Shown: positions 30,208 to 38,764 of the stretch, in pieces
Numbering within the stretch: position 1 is the stretch's first letter
Layout of the letters: each line of letters starts with the position of its first letter
Origin: a virus
Lineage: Duplodnaviria > Caudoviricetes
DNA length: 64,000 nucleotides
IMG/VR virus record: IMGVR_UViG_3300042446_001529
Coordinates: 34,645-98,644 of that record
Reading direction: 5' to 3' (one strand)
Notes under the pieces: model-generated
The model's input: only the letters and a program-made list of their open reading frames with translations
Told to the model about the DNA's origin: nothing
Database searches by the model: none
Program-made: the position numbers and the translations under genes

Positions 30208-30743
30208 TTGGTCCACCAATCTTCCCAAGGAAAATCAATCCATACATTGTTTTCTGCCTTGTTGACTTCCATGCCAACGAAATCCATCTTAACATTGCAT
30301 TTGCTGGCGAGATTATCTACTAACACAGCGAATTTAACATTGTTATTCCACACTTCTTCCCAGGCCGGATCATCTGGGAAGCAACCACTTGGCCAATCTT
30401 TCATAATCCAGTTAAGTGTAGTACCTTGATCGTTGATATCATCTACAATTAAAATGTTTTTAAAAGCGGTATCTTTATCAGCTGCACGATCCTTAGACAA
30501 CGGACCTAGCGCATCTTCAGCCATCCATAAATTGCTCTCCGGACCAATCTCGCTATCTCGTAGACTTACATTGAGAGTATGTAACGGAATATTAAAATAT
30601 TGACTGATCATAACAGCAGGAATCAATCCCCCTCGAGTAATACCTACGATATAATCGGGCCTCCATGTTCCTGTAGCAAGTTCTCTACAAATCTTGCCGA
30701 CTAGTCCTGTTACTTCATGCTGGTTGATTTTGAGTTTGTTCAT
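30204..30743 (-). CDS. Type I phosphoribosyltransferase (xanthine/guanine PRT-like)
   Basis: VGITRGGLIPA, ILIVDDINDQGTT, WIDFPWE. Confidence 0.85.
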   Translation of the reverse strand: MNKLKINQHEVTGLVGKICRELATGTWRPDYIVGITRGGLIPAVMISQYFNIPLHTLNVSLRDSEIGPESNLWMAEDALGPLSKDRAADKDTAFKNILIVDDINDQGTTLNWIMKDWPSGCFPDDPAWEEVWNNNVKFAVLVDNLASKCNVKMDFVGMEVNKAENNVWIDFPWEDWWTK

Positions 30744-31182
30744 TTCTATCCTTGAGATATTGTTCGTGTTGTATCCATTTGTTGTTGACTAAAAATCCCC
30801 ATTCACGCTTATGTGGACCTGGCATAAACAATGTCCAGGCAGTTACACCAGGTTTAAGTTCGATGCGATGATAGCTATTAGAACTACAGGTGCGAAAGTG
30901 ACCAGGTCCCCGCCAATGCTTGGTCTCTCCAATCATTTGGCCATTTTCGAAATCAGGAGTATATTCATAGTATCCACCTTTTAGTATTAGTGTAGCATAG
31001 GGCCACGGATGATCATGAACATCGTCAGGATCACCTTTGAGGAATTTATGTAAAAATACATTAAATGGAAAACGATTTCTTTCTTTCAAGAATAGATAAT
31101 ACCGTTCGAGATACGGTTCGTTATTAACACGATCATAAATGATACGCTTACGGCCCAGTCGTTCAAGCAGTTTCAAAAACAT
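30715..31182 (-). CDS. Cupin-fold protein
   Basis: LHKF..D..VHDHPW..GGYYE..HRIEL metal-binding pattern. Confidence 0.65.
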   Translation of the reverse strand: MFLKLLERLGRKRIIYDRVNNEPYLERYYLFLKERNRFPFNVFLHKFLKGDPDDVHDHPWPYATLILKGGYYEYTPDFENGQMIGETKHWRGPGHFRTCSSNSYHRIELKPGVTAWTLFMPGPHKREWGFLVNNKWIQHEQYLKDRNEQTQNQPA

Positions 31183-31588
31183 TATTAACTTCTTCCTTGA
31201 GATATCTTATTAATTCTTTATCCGTGGGCAATACACTATAATTGTTCTTGTAAAAGATTTCATAGCTGTCGCTGCCGTATTTCCCAATGCCATATAACAT
31301 TGTAGCATCATTTCCGTCCCAAGTCAAGTAGTCTTGACTCATTCTAAGCAAGCGGGTATATCGGACATTAACCATCCCGAGTGGTTGGATAATGCTTTTG
31401 ACAAAGTCTTCGTCTGCTTGTAGCAATGCCAGTGCTGTAGGAAACCAATATAGAAATTCTGGCAGAGTGGTCTTCACGGCTTTGCGGCCAGTTTGATTCA
31501 ACATGATCACCCCAACAAAATGCTGCCAAGCATCATCCACTTGTTGTTGGACCATTAGATCATCGCGCAAGGGTTTAATAAATGTCAT
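31163..31588 (-). CDS. HhH-GPD DNA glycosylase, MBD4-like
   Basis: W..VGVIMLNQT, PLGM, LYGIGKYGSDSYEIF. Confidence 0.75.
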   Translation of the reverse strand: MTFIKPLRDDLMVQQQVDDAWQHFVGVIMLNQTGRKAVKTTLPEFLYWFPTALALLQADEDFVKSIIQPLGMVNVRYTRLLRMSQDYLTWDGNDATMLYGIGKYGSDSYEIFYKNNYSVLPTDKELIRYLKEEVNNVFETA

Positions 31589-31659
31589 TGTCTACGAATC
31601 CAGACCCAAATTACTATGCCTATAATAACACCAACAATCATACCTAGAGAAAATAACAT
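31585..31659 (-). CDS. 24-aa membrane peptide (not in ORF track)
   Basis: MLFSLGMIVGVIIGIVIWVWIRRQ; fills the gap with overlaps at both ends. Confidence 0.5.
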   Translation of the reverse strand: MLFSLGMIVGVIIGIVIWVWIRRQ

Positions 31660-31877
31660 TATTCTACTTCCTCACCGAACCAGTCATCTACCTGACGTTC
31701 AGCTTCTTCTTGTGTGAGAGCATGAACAAAAATTCTAGCAGGTTTTCCCACAGTGTGCTGAATATTAAATTTTATCACACCAGCGGGGATAAGATTCCAA
31801 TCTCGTTCTACAACAAACTCTTGTAGATTTTTTGCACGAAAGATTAGATTGTCTGTGATGTCTTTTGCAGTATTCAT
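31659..31877 (-). CDS. Hypothetical protein
   Basis: ORF, GAGG SD. Confidence 0.6.
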   Translation of the reverse strand: MNTAKDITDNLIFRAKNLQEFVVERDWNLIPAGVIKFNIQHTVGKPARIFVHALTQEEAERQVDDWFGEEVE

Positions 31878-32068
31878 TGCTGACCTCGAATTATATTCTT
31901 GTTCTCTGCTTCATTATCACTGCGCAGTTGATCTTCCATCCACAACATTTTTTGATGTGCATACATTTCTTCTGAAAGTCCATGCCATCCACAACATTTT
32001 CCAGTTGGACTACGGCCGCAGCCGCACTTGCCAAATTCTTCTGTATTTTCTTTGACTCGTATTTGCAT
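31874..32068 (-). CDS. CDGSH-like Fe-S/zinc-binding small protein
   Basis: [15 protein letters not shown] resembles CxCxxS..CDGSH. Confidence 0.55.
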   Translation of the reverse strand: MQIRVKENTEEFGKCGCGRSPTGKCCGWHGLSEEMYAHQKMLWMEDQLRSDNEAENKNIIRGQQ

Positions 32069-32069
32069 A

Positions 32070-32576
32070 TTATTCCTCGGGATTAGGGTTATCTATACTC
32101 CACGGCCATGAAGTTCTCGGATCGGGCCTGGGTCTAAGTTTAACATTCTCTTCAATAACATCGCCTGTTATTTCATCACATAGACTAACTTGATATGGTG
32201 CAATAATGTGAACAGCACAGTCTTCTTCTGACCAATCGTGTTCACCGTCATAGAGCCAACCAGCCCCACCTTCGTAGTATGCTTCTCGAATTGCATCTTG
32301 TTCGTCTTCATCGATATCGTCACTAAATTCAATTTCGATATTAATACTGTCGTCGAACTCACAACCCCAACCGCAATCAGTTCGAGCATAGGCAACAGGA
32401 TCACCTAACCAAGGAAGGTTGCAATCTAAATCACCTTCCACAAAGCCTTGCCCCCAGCGGTAGGTTTCATCTATGTTAAACCAACTGATGCTATCATCGG
32501 AGTTCTTACGATACATTTCTACATGGTAGACAATGCTTTTCTTTTCCAGTGGTTTAATTAGATATACTTGACTCAT
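32070..32576 (-). CDS. Acidic hypothetical protein
   Basis: ORF, AAGGA SD. Confidence 0.65.
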   Translation of the reverse strand: MSQVYLIKPLEKKSIVYHVEMYRKNSDDSISWFNIDETYRWGQGFVEGDLDCNLPWLGDPVAYARTDCGWGCEFDDSINIEIEFSDDIDEDEQDAIREAYYEGGAGWLYDGEHDWSEEDCAVHIIAPYQVSLCDEITGDVIEENVKLRPRPDPRTSWPWSIDNPNPEE

Positions 32577-32584
32577 GATATTCC

Positions 32585-33331
32585 TTATCGTGGTGAAAAT
32601 TCTTGCTGCATTTTAATATTGTCAAAGAATTCTTTTTTAGTACCTGGGTCATCTTTGAATGCACCCTTGAGTACAGTGGTCTGTGTTAGACTCGAATGCG
32701 CCATAATGCCACGATTCTCACAGCAACCGTGAGTGGCTTGTATGTATACTCCGATGTTTTCACTATCTGTAGCTCGACTTATTTCTCTTGCAATATCGTT
32801 GCAGAGTTCTTCCTGGAGAGTGCCACGCCTAGCGCACCACTGAGCAATACGAGTATACTTGCTAAGGCCAATAAGTTTGTTGGCAGCAATGATACCAATA
32901 TAAGCCACCCCAGATACAGGCTGATGATGATGAGAGCACATACTACGCAATTCACTTCTAACAACTAACATGCCTTCATATCTATCCTCACTATCATTTG
33001 GAAACGCTGTTGCATCTGGAGCAGGTTCGTATCTACCTGACATGATTTCATTAAAATACATTTTAGCAAGTCTACGTGCTGTGCCTTGACTGTTGGGATC
33101 ATTTTCACGATCAATAAGCAAACTGTCTAGCACTTGTTCAAATGCAGGAGTTGCTTCGTCGATTAGTTTTTCTAAGTCACCGTCATGCAGATAATCACTG
33201 ATGTTGTCACCGGCCCAGAAACGCTTGCCTTCACGTTTCATCTTAAAACGAATGTGATCACCTAGATATGCTTCCGAATATCCACCATCGCCTGCCATTG
33301 CGTCCAGGCCTGTTTCTTTTTTATCTATCAA
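32585..33331 (-). CDS. folE: GTP cyclohydrolase I
   Basis: SMCSHHHQP, IGLSKY.RI, LQEEL, HGCCENRG. Confidence 0.95.
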   Translation of the reverse strand: MIDKKETGLDAMAGDGGYSEAYLGDHIRFKMKREGKRFWAGDNISDYLHDGDLEKLIDEATPAFEQVLDSLLIDRENDPNSQGTARRLAKMYFNEIMSGRYEPAPDATAFPNDSEDRYEGMLVVRSELRSMCSHHHQPVSGVAYIGIIAANKLIGLSKYTRIAQWCARRGTLQEELCNDIAREISRATDSENIGVYIQATHGCCENRGIMAHSSLTQTTVLKGAFKDDPGTKKEFFDNIKMQQEFSPR

Positions 33332-33372
33332 TTAAATTCTCCGAGTTTATGTCGTGGATGACATTTATAATA

Positions 33373-34449
33373 TTATTTTAACATCTCTAATAGTGTATTA
33401 CAACTAAAAAAGTTTTCTTGTAGTATAGCTACCTGTTTATTTAGGCTAGGCAGTCGAGTTTCATAATTATCCATATGCTGGATTATTTCTCTACAAATAT
33501 CTGGACGATATACAGTATATGCATCGTAGCTCTCAGTCCATTTGCTAGGATACTTAAATGTATCTAAAGCCATTTCACTGTAGCTGAGTCTATCAGGCAC
33601 CATAGGAATGGCACCTACAATAGCACCTTCATACCAGCTGATGCCTAGGGTTTCTTGCAGGTTTGCACTAAACACCAATTTGGCTTCCCCTAGCAAATTA
33701 TGATATTCGTTTTTTGTTAGTTGTTGATCTTGACAGACGACAAACTCATATTGCGGTAAGTGTTCTTTCAAGTCACGAAAGATTTCAACCTGTTTCTCGG
33801 GAGCAATACGATGCGGGAATAAGATAAGATCACGCTTGGGCATATTCTTATACATGTTCAACGTATCTTCCATATACTCCATGGGCCATCCTGTGCGAAC
33901 AATCTTGCCTAATTCTTTAAAGCCTTCAATCGACTGTGGCATAGAAAGATGTAGCAAGTTCTTGCAGAACAAATCGACATGAAAGTCTGTGGCAAAGTAA
34001 TTGTGATCAAATGATTCGAAGAAACTCTTCTCAGCAAATCTAACCCAAGGCTTATCTCCCACAAGACGTCCTAGGAAGTCTTGAGGATCATAACTGCCAG
34101 CATGCCATAAGCCGTGTGTAACCACTGGAATACCCAGCAACTCACTCATGTACTTTAAGTTTATGATACCAGGATGCCAAGCATCAGTAAAGATAAAGTG
34201 ATCGCCGGGATGAACGGATCCGTTACAAAATAAACGACCCATCTGCTCAACTTGACTAGCCTTGTATATATTAGTGCCGCCAAAGTTGAGAAATGCTCCA
34301 GGAGTGGTAGCACTAGGAATGTCCGTAGGACCTGATATAATGTTGACATGGTGCCCTGCTTTTTTAAGGATTGCCGGCACGTGAGTTTTCCACTGACCCG
34401 TGTATCTAGTCTCTACTGCTTCAAGATCAATGAGAAAAACTCGTGCCAT
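33373..34449 (-). CDS. GT-B fold glycosyltransferase within the deazaguanine locus
   Basis: FPHRIAPEKQ, AKLVFS..LQETLGIS..EG..G..P GT-B C-terminal motif. Confidence 0.75.
   Translation of the reverse strand: MARVFLIDLEAVETRYTGQWKTHVPAILKKAGHHVNIISGPTDIPSATTPGAFLNFGGTNIYKASQVEQMGRLFCNGSVHPGDHFIFTDAWHPGIINLKYMSELLGIPVVTHGLWHAGSYDPQDFLGRLVGDKPWVRFAEKSFFESFDHNYFATDFHVDLFCKNLLHLSMPQSIEGFKELGKIVRTGWPMEYMEDTLNMYKNMPKRDLILFPHRIAPEKQVEIFRDLKEHLPQYEFVVCQDQQLTKNEYHNLLGEAKLVFSANLQETLGISWYEGAIVGAIPMVPDRLSYSEMALDTFKYPSKWTESYDAYTVYRPDICREIIQHMDNYETRLPSLNKQVAILQENFFSCNTLLEMLK
33375..33403 (-). promoter_or_regulatory. Possible sigma70 promoter TTGTAA-17-TAAAAT for folE
   Basis: Near-consensus boxes with 17-nt spacing. 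Confidence 0.45.
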
Positions 34450-34452
34450 TAA

Positions 34453-34677
34453 TTAACCTCTTTTTTGAAAGTGTGGTCTGTTGCCTTGATATGGACGTCT
34501 TGGCCGTTTGCTGGCAAGATAGGATCCATAGTTTTGACTATCTCTGCGATAGAGATCTGCAGGATTAAAATCGCAGAGTTGGAATCTGCACCAATCGTGG
34601 TAGGCCTCGAGGTCCTCCCACACCTTTACAACGTCAGGACGATTTTCAAAGTACCTGTAGTCCTTGTAGTTTTTCAT
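34453..34677 (-). CDS. Hypothetical protein
   Basis: ORF, AAGGA SD. Confidence 0.6.
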   Translation of the reverse strand: MKNYKDYRYFENRPDVVKVWEDLEAYHDWCRFQLCDFNPADLYRRDSQNYGSYLASKRPRRPYQGNRPHFQKRG

Positions 34678-34688
34678 CGATGTTCCTT

Positions 34689-35078
34689 TTAGTATTTGAT
34701 GAATGAACCATTTTCTCCGTCTTCGGAGACCTCAATCCAAATCTCACGACCTGGATACTTTTTGCTAATGACGTCATATAAGTCGCCTGACATCATTTCA
34801 CAACTCTTATAATCTAAACTTAGTGTAGCATCTTTGTAGAGATTTAGCAACCATCGTTTAAACTGAATAAACTCAATATCACGATCGTCGTGTGTAACGC
34901 CAATCCAAACTTTGAAGTGAAAGATGTGACGATGCGGATAACCTAGAAAACTTACATCATATTCATCACCTGTAGCAAGTGCTGGGTCTGTAAGTGCAGC
35001 TGGATATTTGTGCATACCTTCTTTCTGAAAGGTAACCCAAATCATTTTGTTAGGTCTAACGTCTTGCCGAATGTTCAT
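34689..35078 (-). CDS. T-fold QueD/PTPS-like protein with LxxxHRHxF motif
   Basis: LGYPHRHIFHF, SCE, EVSEDGENG; lacks canonical QueD CxxxHGH. Confidence 0.7.
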   Translation of the reverse strand: MNIRQDVRPNKMIWVTFQKEGMHKYPAALTDPALATGDEYDVSFLGYPHRHIFHFKVWIGVTHDDRDIEFIQFKRWLLNLYKDATLSLDYKSCEMMSGDLYDVISKKYPGREIWIEVSEDGENGSFIKY

Positions 35079-35449
35079 CTTAGTTGTTCCATGGTTATAA
35101 TTTTAGATAATTCTTCACCGAGATCTTTATCTTCAGTGACCACATGTAGACTGTGTCGATTCTCATCGTTCTTTCGGTCATACTTAGTAGTTTCAATGAT
35201 AGTACCGCCACTAGCGCCATAGACATTTAGTCGAAAACCTTGTGATGCAATGTTTAGGCCTTCGCTGTCAACTGAAATAAGCTGATTACTGTAATCTTCT
35301 TCGTCGTTCATTAGCCAGTTGCGAATTTTTTGTTTAAATGTTAATTTCATAGGTTTCTTTTCTACTACACTTCTTGCACGATTAATTTTATTAGCACCGC
35401 GGATTCTTGGAACCTTTGTCACCGATGCTACTGCGTAGCCACCACTCAT
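35075..35449 (-). CDS. Hypothetical protein
   Basis: ATGA-coupled ORF. Confidence 0.65.
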   Translation of the reverse strand: MSGGYAVASVTKVPRIRGANKINRARSVVEKKPMKLTFKQKIRNWLMNDEEDYSNQLISVDSEGLNIASQGFRLNVYGASGGTIIETTKYDRKNDENRHSLHVVTEDKDLGEELSKIITMEQLR

Positions 35450-35979
35450 TTGATAATCTCATCTTTACCATATTGATCCCAACTAGTAAACTTATTTCTA
35501 TCTAGTAGGTCATGGAGGTTATGGCACCACACTCCGTGATTAGTTGCTTTAAAGTCTTTGTCATCAATTTTCAGCGTAGCGTTATAGCCTAGTTGATTAA
35601 TATAAGGTAATTTTACACTAATCTGCGGAATAAATCTACGCTTTTCGGTAAGACCACTTTCAAGCAATCCTTCCGTTTCACGAACATCAAAGTCTAAGGT
35701 ACACCAAAATTCGTCCTCTGCATCTAAGCAGACATAGATCATATCTTCCCAAGGACGCCATGTTTCTGTATCGTTAACACCATTAGTCTTAAAACTTTGA
35801 TTAGCACCAAAGTAAATATGTTTGCACCTGTTGTTACGAGCCAATTCCATAATAATATATGGATCATGCACACCTACAACAAACAGTGTTTTCATTCCGT
35901 AGGCAGGAGTATGTTCAATCTCTACGCCGGTGAAGAAGGTAATGCTATCAGCAACACCCGAATCGTAATTTCTTTTCAT
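35446..35979 (-). CDS. Hypothetical protein in the deazaguanine locus
   Basis: ATGA-coupled ORF; FFTGVEIEHTPAYG, HIYFGANQSF. Confidence 0.7.
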   Translation of the reverse strand: MKRNYDSGVADSITFFTGVEIEHTPAYGMKTLFVVGVHDPYIIMELARNNRCKHIYFGANQSFKTNGVNDTETWRPWEDMIYVCLDAEDEFWCTLDFDVRETEGLLESGLTEKRRFIPQISVKLPYINQLGYNATLKIDDKDFKATNHGVWCHNLHDLLDRNKFTSWDQYGKDEIIK

Positions 35980-36122
35980 TTTTTAAATAAATTTTGAATT
36001 GATCGGATTAGATTAAGAAATCGAAAATGATAGTTGGTTAAGAATGGAGTTCGATGCGGACAACGACCTTGTTGCCAATCACAGTTAACTGTGATTTCTT
36101 GCCTGCATGTGTCGCATTTCAT
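35976..36122 (-). CDS. 48-aa Cys-rich (zinc-finger-like) protein (not in ORF track)
   Basis: MKCDTCRQEITVNCDWQQGRCPH...; ATGA overlaps at both ends. Confidence 0.6.
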   Translation of the reverse strand: MKCDTCRQEITVNCDWQQGRCPHRTPFLTNYHFRFLNLIRSIQNLFKK

Positions 36123-36346
36123 AGTTCTAGTCCATTTCTTCTTGCTTCTTGTTCTGCCTGCGCTTCTTGCATCACTGCTTCGTGCTTGTGTTTAAGTATA
36201 ACAATATCATCCTTTAAACGCAACCTTTGTTTCTTCAATTCTTCTATTTTTAGGTCATCAAAGATACCAGTTTTTTCCATACTGTCTATCTGTTTGTCCA
36301 AAGCACGGTGAGCTTCTTCTAGATGCTTGATTCTATTTTGATACAT
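36119..36346 (-). CDS. DUF465/YdcH-like coiled-coil protein
   Basis: L...H..LD.QI...LKKQRLRLKDDI pattern. Confidence 0.6.
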   Translation of the reverse strand: MYQNRIKHLEEAHRALDKQIDSMEKTGIFDDLKIEELKKQRLRLKDDIVILKHKHEAVMQEAQAEQEARRNGLEL

Positions 36347-36355
36347 ATCAACTCC

Positions 36356-37966
36356 TTATTCTACAACCAAACTGTTTAATTCGTCATCGTCTGGATTGGC
36401 AAAATCAATTTCGCCTGCTTTCTTACCATCATCGAAATCAAATAAGTTACCAAATGTGTTAGCAGCAGGACCGCCTTGTAAACGTGAACCTTCTAGTGAT
36501 TTCAAGAACTGCGCACCAGTTTCAATCATATCAAACGCTTCTGCTTTGGTTTTGGTATTGAATAGTTCTTCAACAAATGTACCGAAGTAAAGAATTTTAT
36601 TTGGAACCCAATCGCTGAATTCAATTTCTTTCTTGCCTTCAATGCTCTTCATACGCCAGTCTGGAGTAAACCTAGCACATTCAATATCCATTAACTGTTG
36701 AGCACGTTGCACCGCTTTGATATGACATTCGACATTATGCCCCATCATTAGTGCGTAACTGAAACTATCCCAACTAGTCTTGTTCGGAATCTTACCTAGC
36801 TTGTTAAGTCTCGGAACTTCGTGATAGTGTTCTGGATTCAAGTGATTAAACTTAACATCTCCGAGTTCGGCATCTGTCTTGCGAACACCGTAATTGTAAT
36901 ATGCAATATCGCCCATGGTCAAACGACTTGCAAACTCACTTTCAAACGGAAACGGAATATCAAATCGTCCTGAAAGTGCTTTGTTATCAGGAGCCTTGTC
37001 CATGATCACTGACCAACGCTTGTTGGTATGTTGTGCATTTGTGTAAACTAATCCGTGAGCAGTAGCAATGAACGGGCTTGCACAGTCAAAACTGATTGTG
37101 AGTTCTGGATTGATATGCTTACGGATCTGCCGTTGAATTTGAGTTAGATAGCATGACCAATCTAATTGTGCTGTGCCCAAGAAGTGAATCCAGTTCTTTC
37201 CGTCTAGCATGCCTTCATCACGCATGGTCATTAGACGTTTGAGTGTGATATCCATCTTACACATATTAGCACCACCAAATGCCCAACCTTCTGCTTCTTT
37301 TCCTGCAAATGGTCCTTTAGGGTCGCTAAACTCTACAACACCACGATACCACTTTTCCGCAGTATCCCAGTCACCACCTTGTAGCACGTTAAGCCACTTG
37401 GTGGCTCCTAGGCGATTATCTAGAAAATACTTGTTATTATAACGAGTCTTTTCTAAACAGTCTTCGAAAGTTTTCAATCCAGTCTTAGGACTGTGAATAT
37501 GATCACAGGCCCATGTAGGCACGTCTAACATCATTGACCAATCAGCAGTTGCTTCTAGCCATTCAAGAATCTTTTGACGTGTCTTGGTAGCTTCTGCACC
37601 TTCAAAGTTCAACCAATCAAACTTGAGAACACCTTTACCGATCTGATAACCACCGGAGTCGCCTAAAATCATTGTTTGTCCGCGATCACGCTGTTGTATC
37701 ATTGATTCCTGATCTTGTGCTTTAATAACATCAAGTTGGGCGTGTCCTGCTGAATACAGAGCATACTTATAGGTAAAGTATCCTTGATCTGGATTAAGAA
37801 AGTTCATTCCTTCAATTCCTTGATCAAAGCCTGCAGGAATACGATCCTTTGGTACAAACTCTTCTAGTCGCTGTTTTGCAACATAGGTAGAATAAAAAGA
37901 ACTAATTGCCGGCAGATATACTGCATAGTCCTTTTGTAATGGTGTTAGATTAACTGGTGGTTTCAT
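36356..37966 (-). CDS. TGT-fold guanine transglycosylase (DpdA-like, probably DNA-targeting)
   Basis: GDSGGYQ, MLDVP, NVLQG, GWAFGG, IHFLG, SFDCASP; linked to folE/queE and replication genes. Confidence 0.8.
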   Translation of the reverse strand: MKPPVNLTPLQKDYAVYLPAISSFYSTYVAKQRLEEFVPKDRIPAGFDQGIEGMNFLNPDQGYFTYKYALYSAGHAQLDVIKAQDQESMIQQRDRGQTMILGDSGGYQIGKGVLKFDWLNFEGAEATKTRQKILEWLEATADWSMMLDVPTWACDHIHSPKTGLKTFEDCLEKTRYNNKYFLDNRLGATKWLNVLQGGDWDTAEKWYRGVVEFSDPKGPFAGKEAEGWAFGGANMCKMDITLKRLMTMRDEGMLDGKNWIHFLGTAQLDWSCYLTQIQRQIRKHINPELTISFDCASPFIATAHGLVYTNAQHTNKRWSVIMDKAPDNKALSGRFDIPFPFESEFASRLTMGDIAYYNYGVRKTDAELGDVKFNHLNPEHYHEVPRLNKLGKIPNKTSWDSFSYALMMGHNVECHIKAVQRAQQLMDIECARFTPDWRMKSIEGKKEIEFSDWVPNKILYFGTFVEELFNTKTKAEAFDMIETGAQFLKSLEGSRLQGGPAANTFGNLFDFDDGKKAGEIDFANPDDDELNSLVVE

Positions 37967-38704
37967 TTAAGCAGCCTGTGCTGGGATAATATATTTGTAA
38001 GTTGCTAGTCCGCTATCGAGAGTGATCTGGATAGCACCTTCATTGCTCAAACTCATCTTTGTGGTGTTGGTGTCTGCAATCTTAAGTATGCTCAAGATTG
38101 GTAATACAGGCCAAGTCCAACCGCGATCTAGTTTACCTGCAACGTTCTGAGCAAACACAAACTCACCACCGTGTGTTGATGCATCGCCGAATGTAAATTT
38201 AAGATTACCACCTTCTGTTTTAGCAAGGAATGTAGGATGCTCTGAGTTAGCACCTGCTTGAAAGTTGAAACGAATCACAGAAGTCACTGACGGTTCAATT
38301 TCAACATCCCACTTGACACCACGGAACTTCACAGTTTTCATCTTTTCGTTAATGATTTCTTGATTCATAAAGCGATAGTCGTTCTTGAAGTCGCCGTCTT
38401 TGTTTTCAAAGTGCAGGCCCACTGGCAAAGTTTCACCATTGCGTTCTGCTGTGGTAATACTGATCTTTGCACCTTCTTTGTATTCTGCACCTTCCAACAG
38501 ATATTTCAACTTGTTCAGTTGCGGCATACCAAACACACCGATCATATCTGGATATGGATTAGCAGTTTCTGCCTCCATGATCACTGAACGGTCATCTGCC
38601 ATTGAGTTAACAGTTGTGCCTTTATCTGTGCCTGTGACCTTAACTGTGGTCAAGAAGCCTAGATTCTGCGTATGGCTAACGATGTCTTGTAGTATATCTT
38701 TCAT
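37967..38704 (-). CDS. Probable sliding clamp (gp45/PCNA-like)
   Basis: 245 aa, beta-rich, ends YKYIIPA; adjacent to DNA polymerase. Confidence 0.6.
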   Translation of the reverse strand: MKDILQDIVSHTQNLGFLTTVKVTGTDKGTTVNSMADDRSVIMEAETANPYPDMIGVFGMPQLNKLKYLLEGAEYKEGAKISITTAERNGETLPVGLHFENKDGDFKNDYRFMNQEIINEKMKTVKFRGVKWDVEIEPSVTSVIRFNFQAGANSEHPTFLAKTEGGNLKFTFGDASTHGGEFVFAQNVAGKLDRGWTWPVLPILSILKIADTNTTKMSLSNEGAIQITLDSGLATYKYIIPAQAA

Positions 38705-38727
38705 TAAGAATTCTCCTGTATATTAAG

Positions 38728-38756
38728 ATTATATTTAGATCTTGAGTAAAAAGCAA
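38728..38756 (-). promoter_or_regulatory. Sigma70 promoter TTGCTT-17-TATAAT with overlapping TAAATA
   Basis: -35 at 38751-38756, -10 at 38728-38733; SD CAGGAG. Confidence 0.6.
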
Positions 38757-38764
38757 CCTAGAAA

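Noticed and set aside
33332-33372. Possible riboswitch (e.g. preQ1) in the folE leader
   Set aside because: Only a 3-bp stem (GTC/GAC) is visible and no recognisable aptamer consensus.
36356-37966. Ordinary tRNA-guanine transglycosylase for queuosine
   Set aside because: Lacks the CxCxxC zinc motif of bacterial Tgt and sits beside replication genes; a DNA target is more likely, though unproven.
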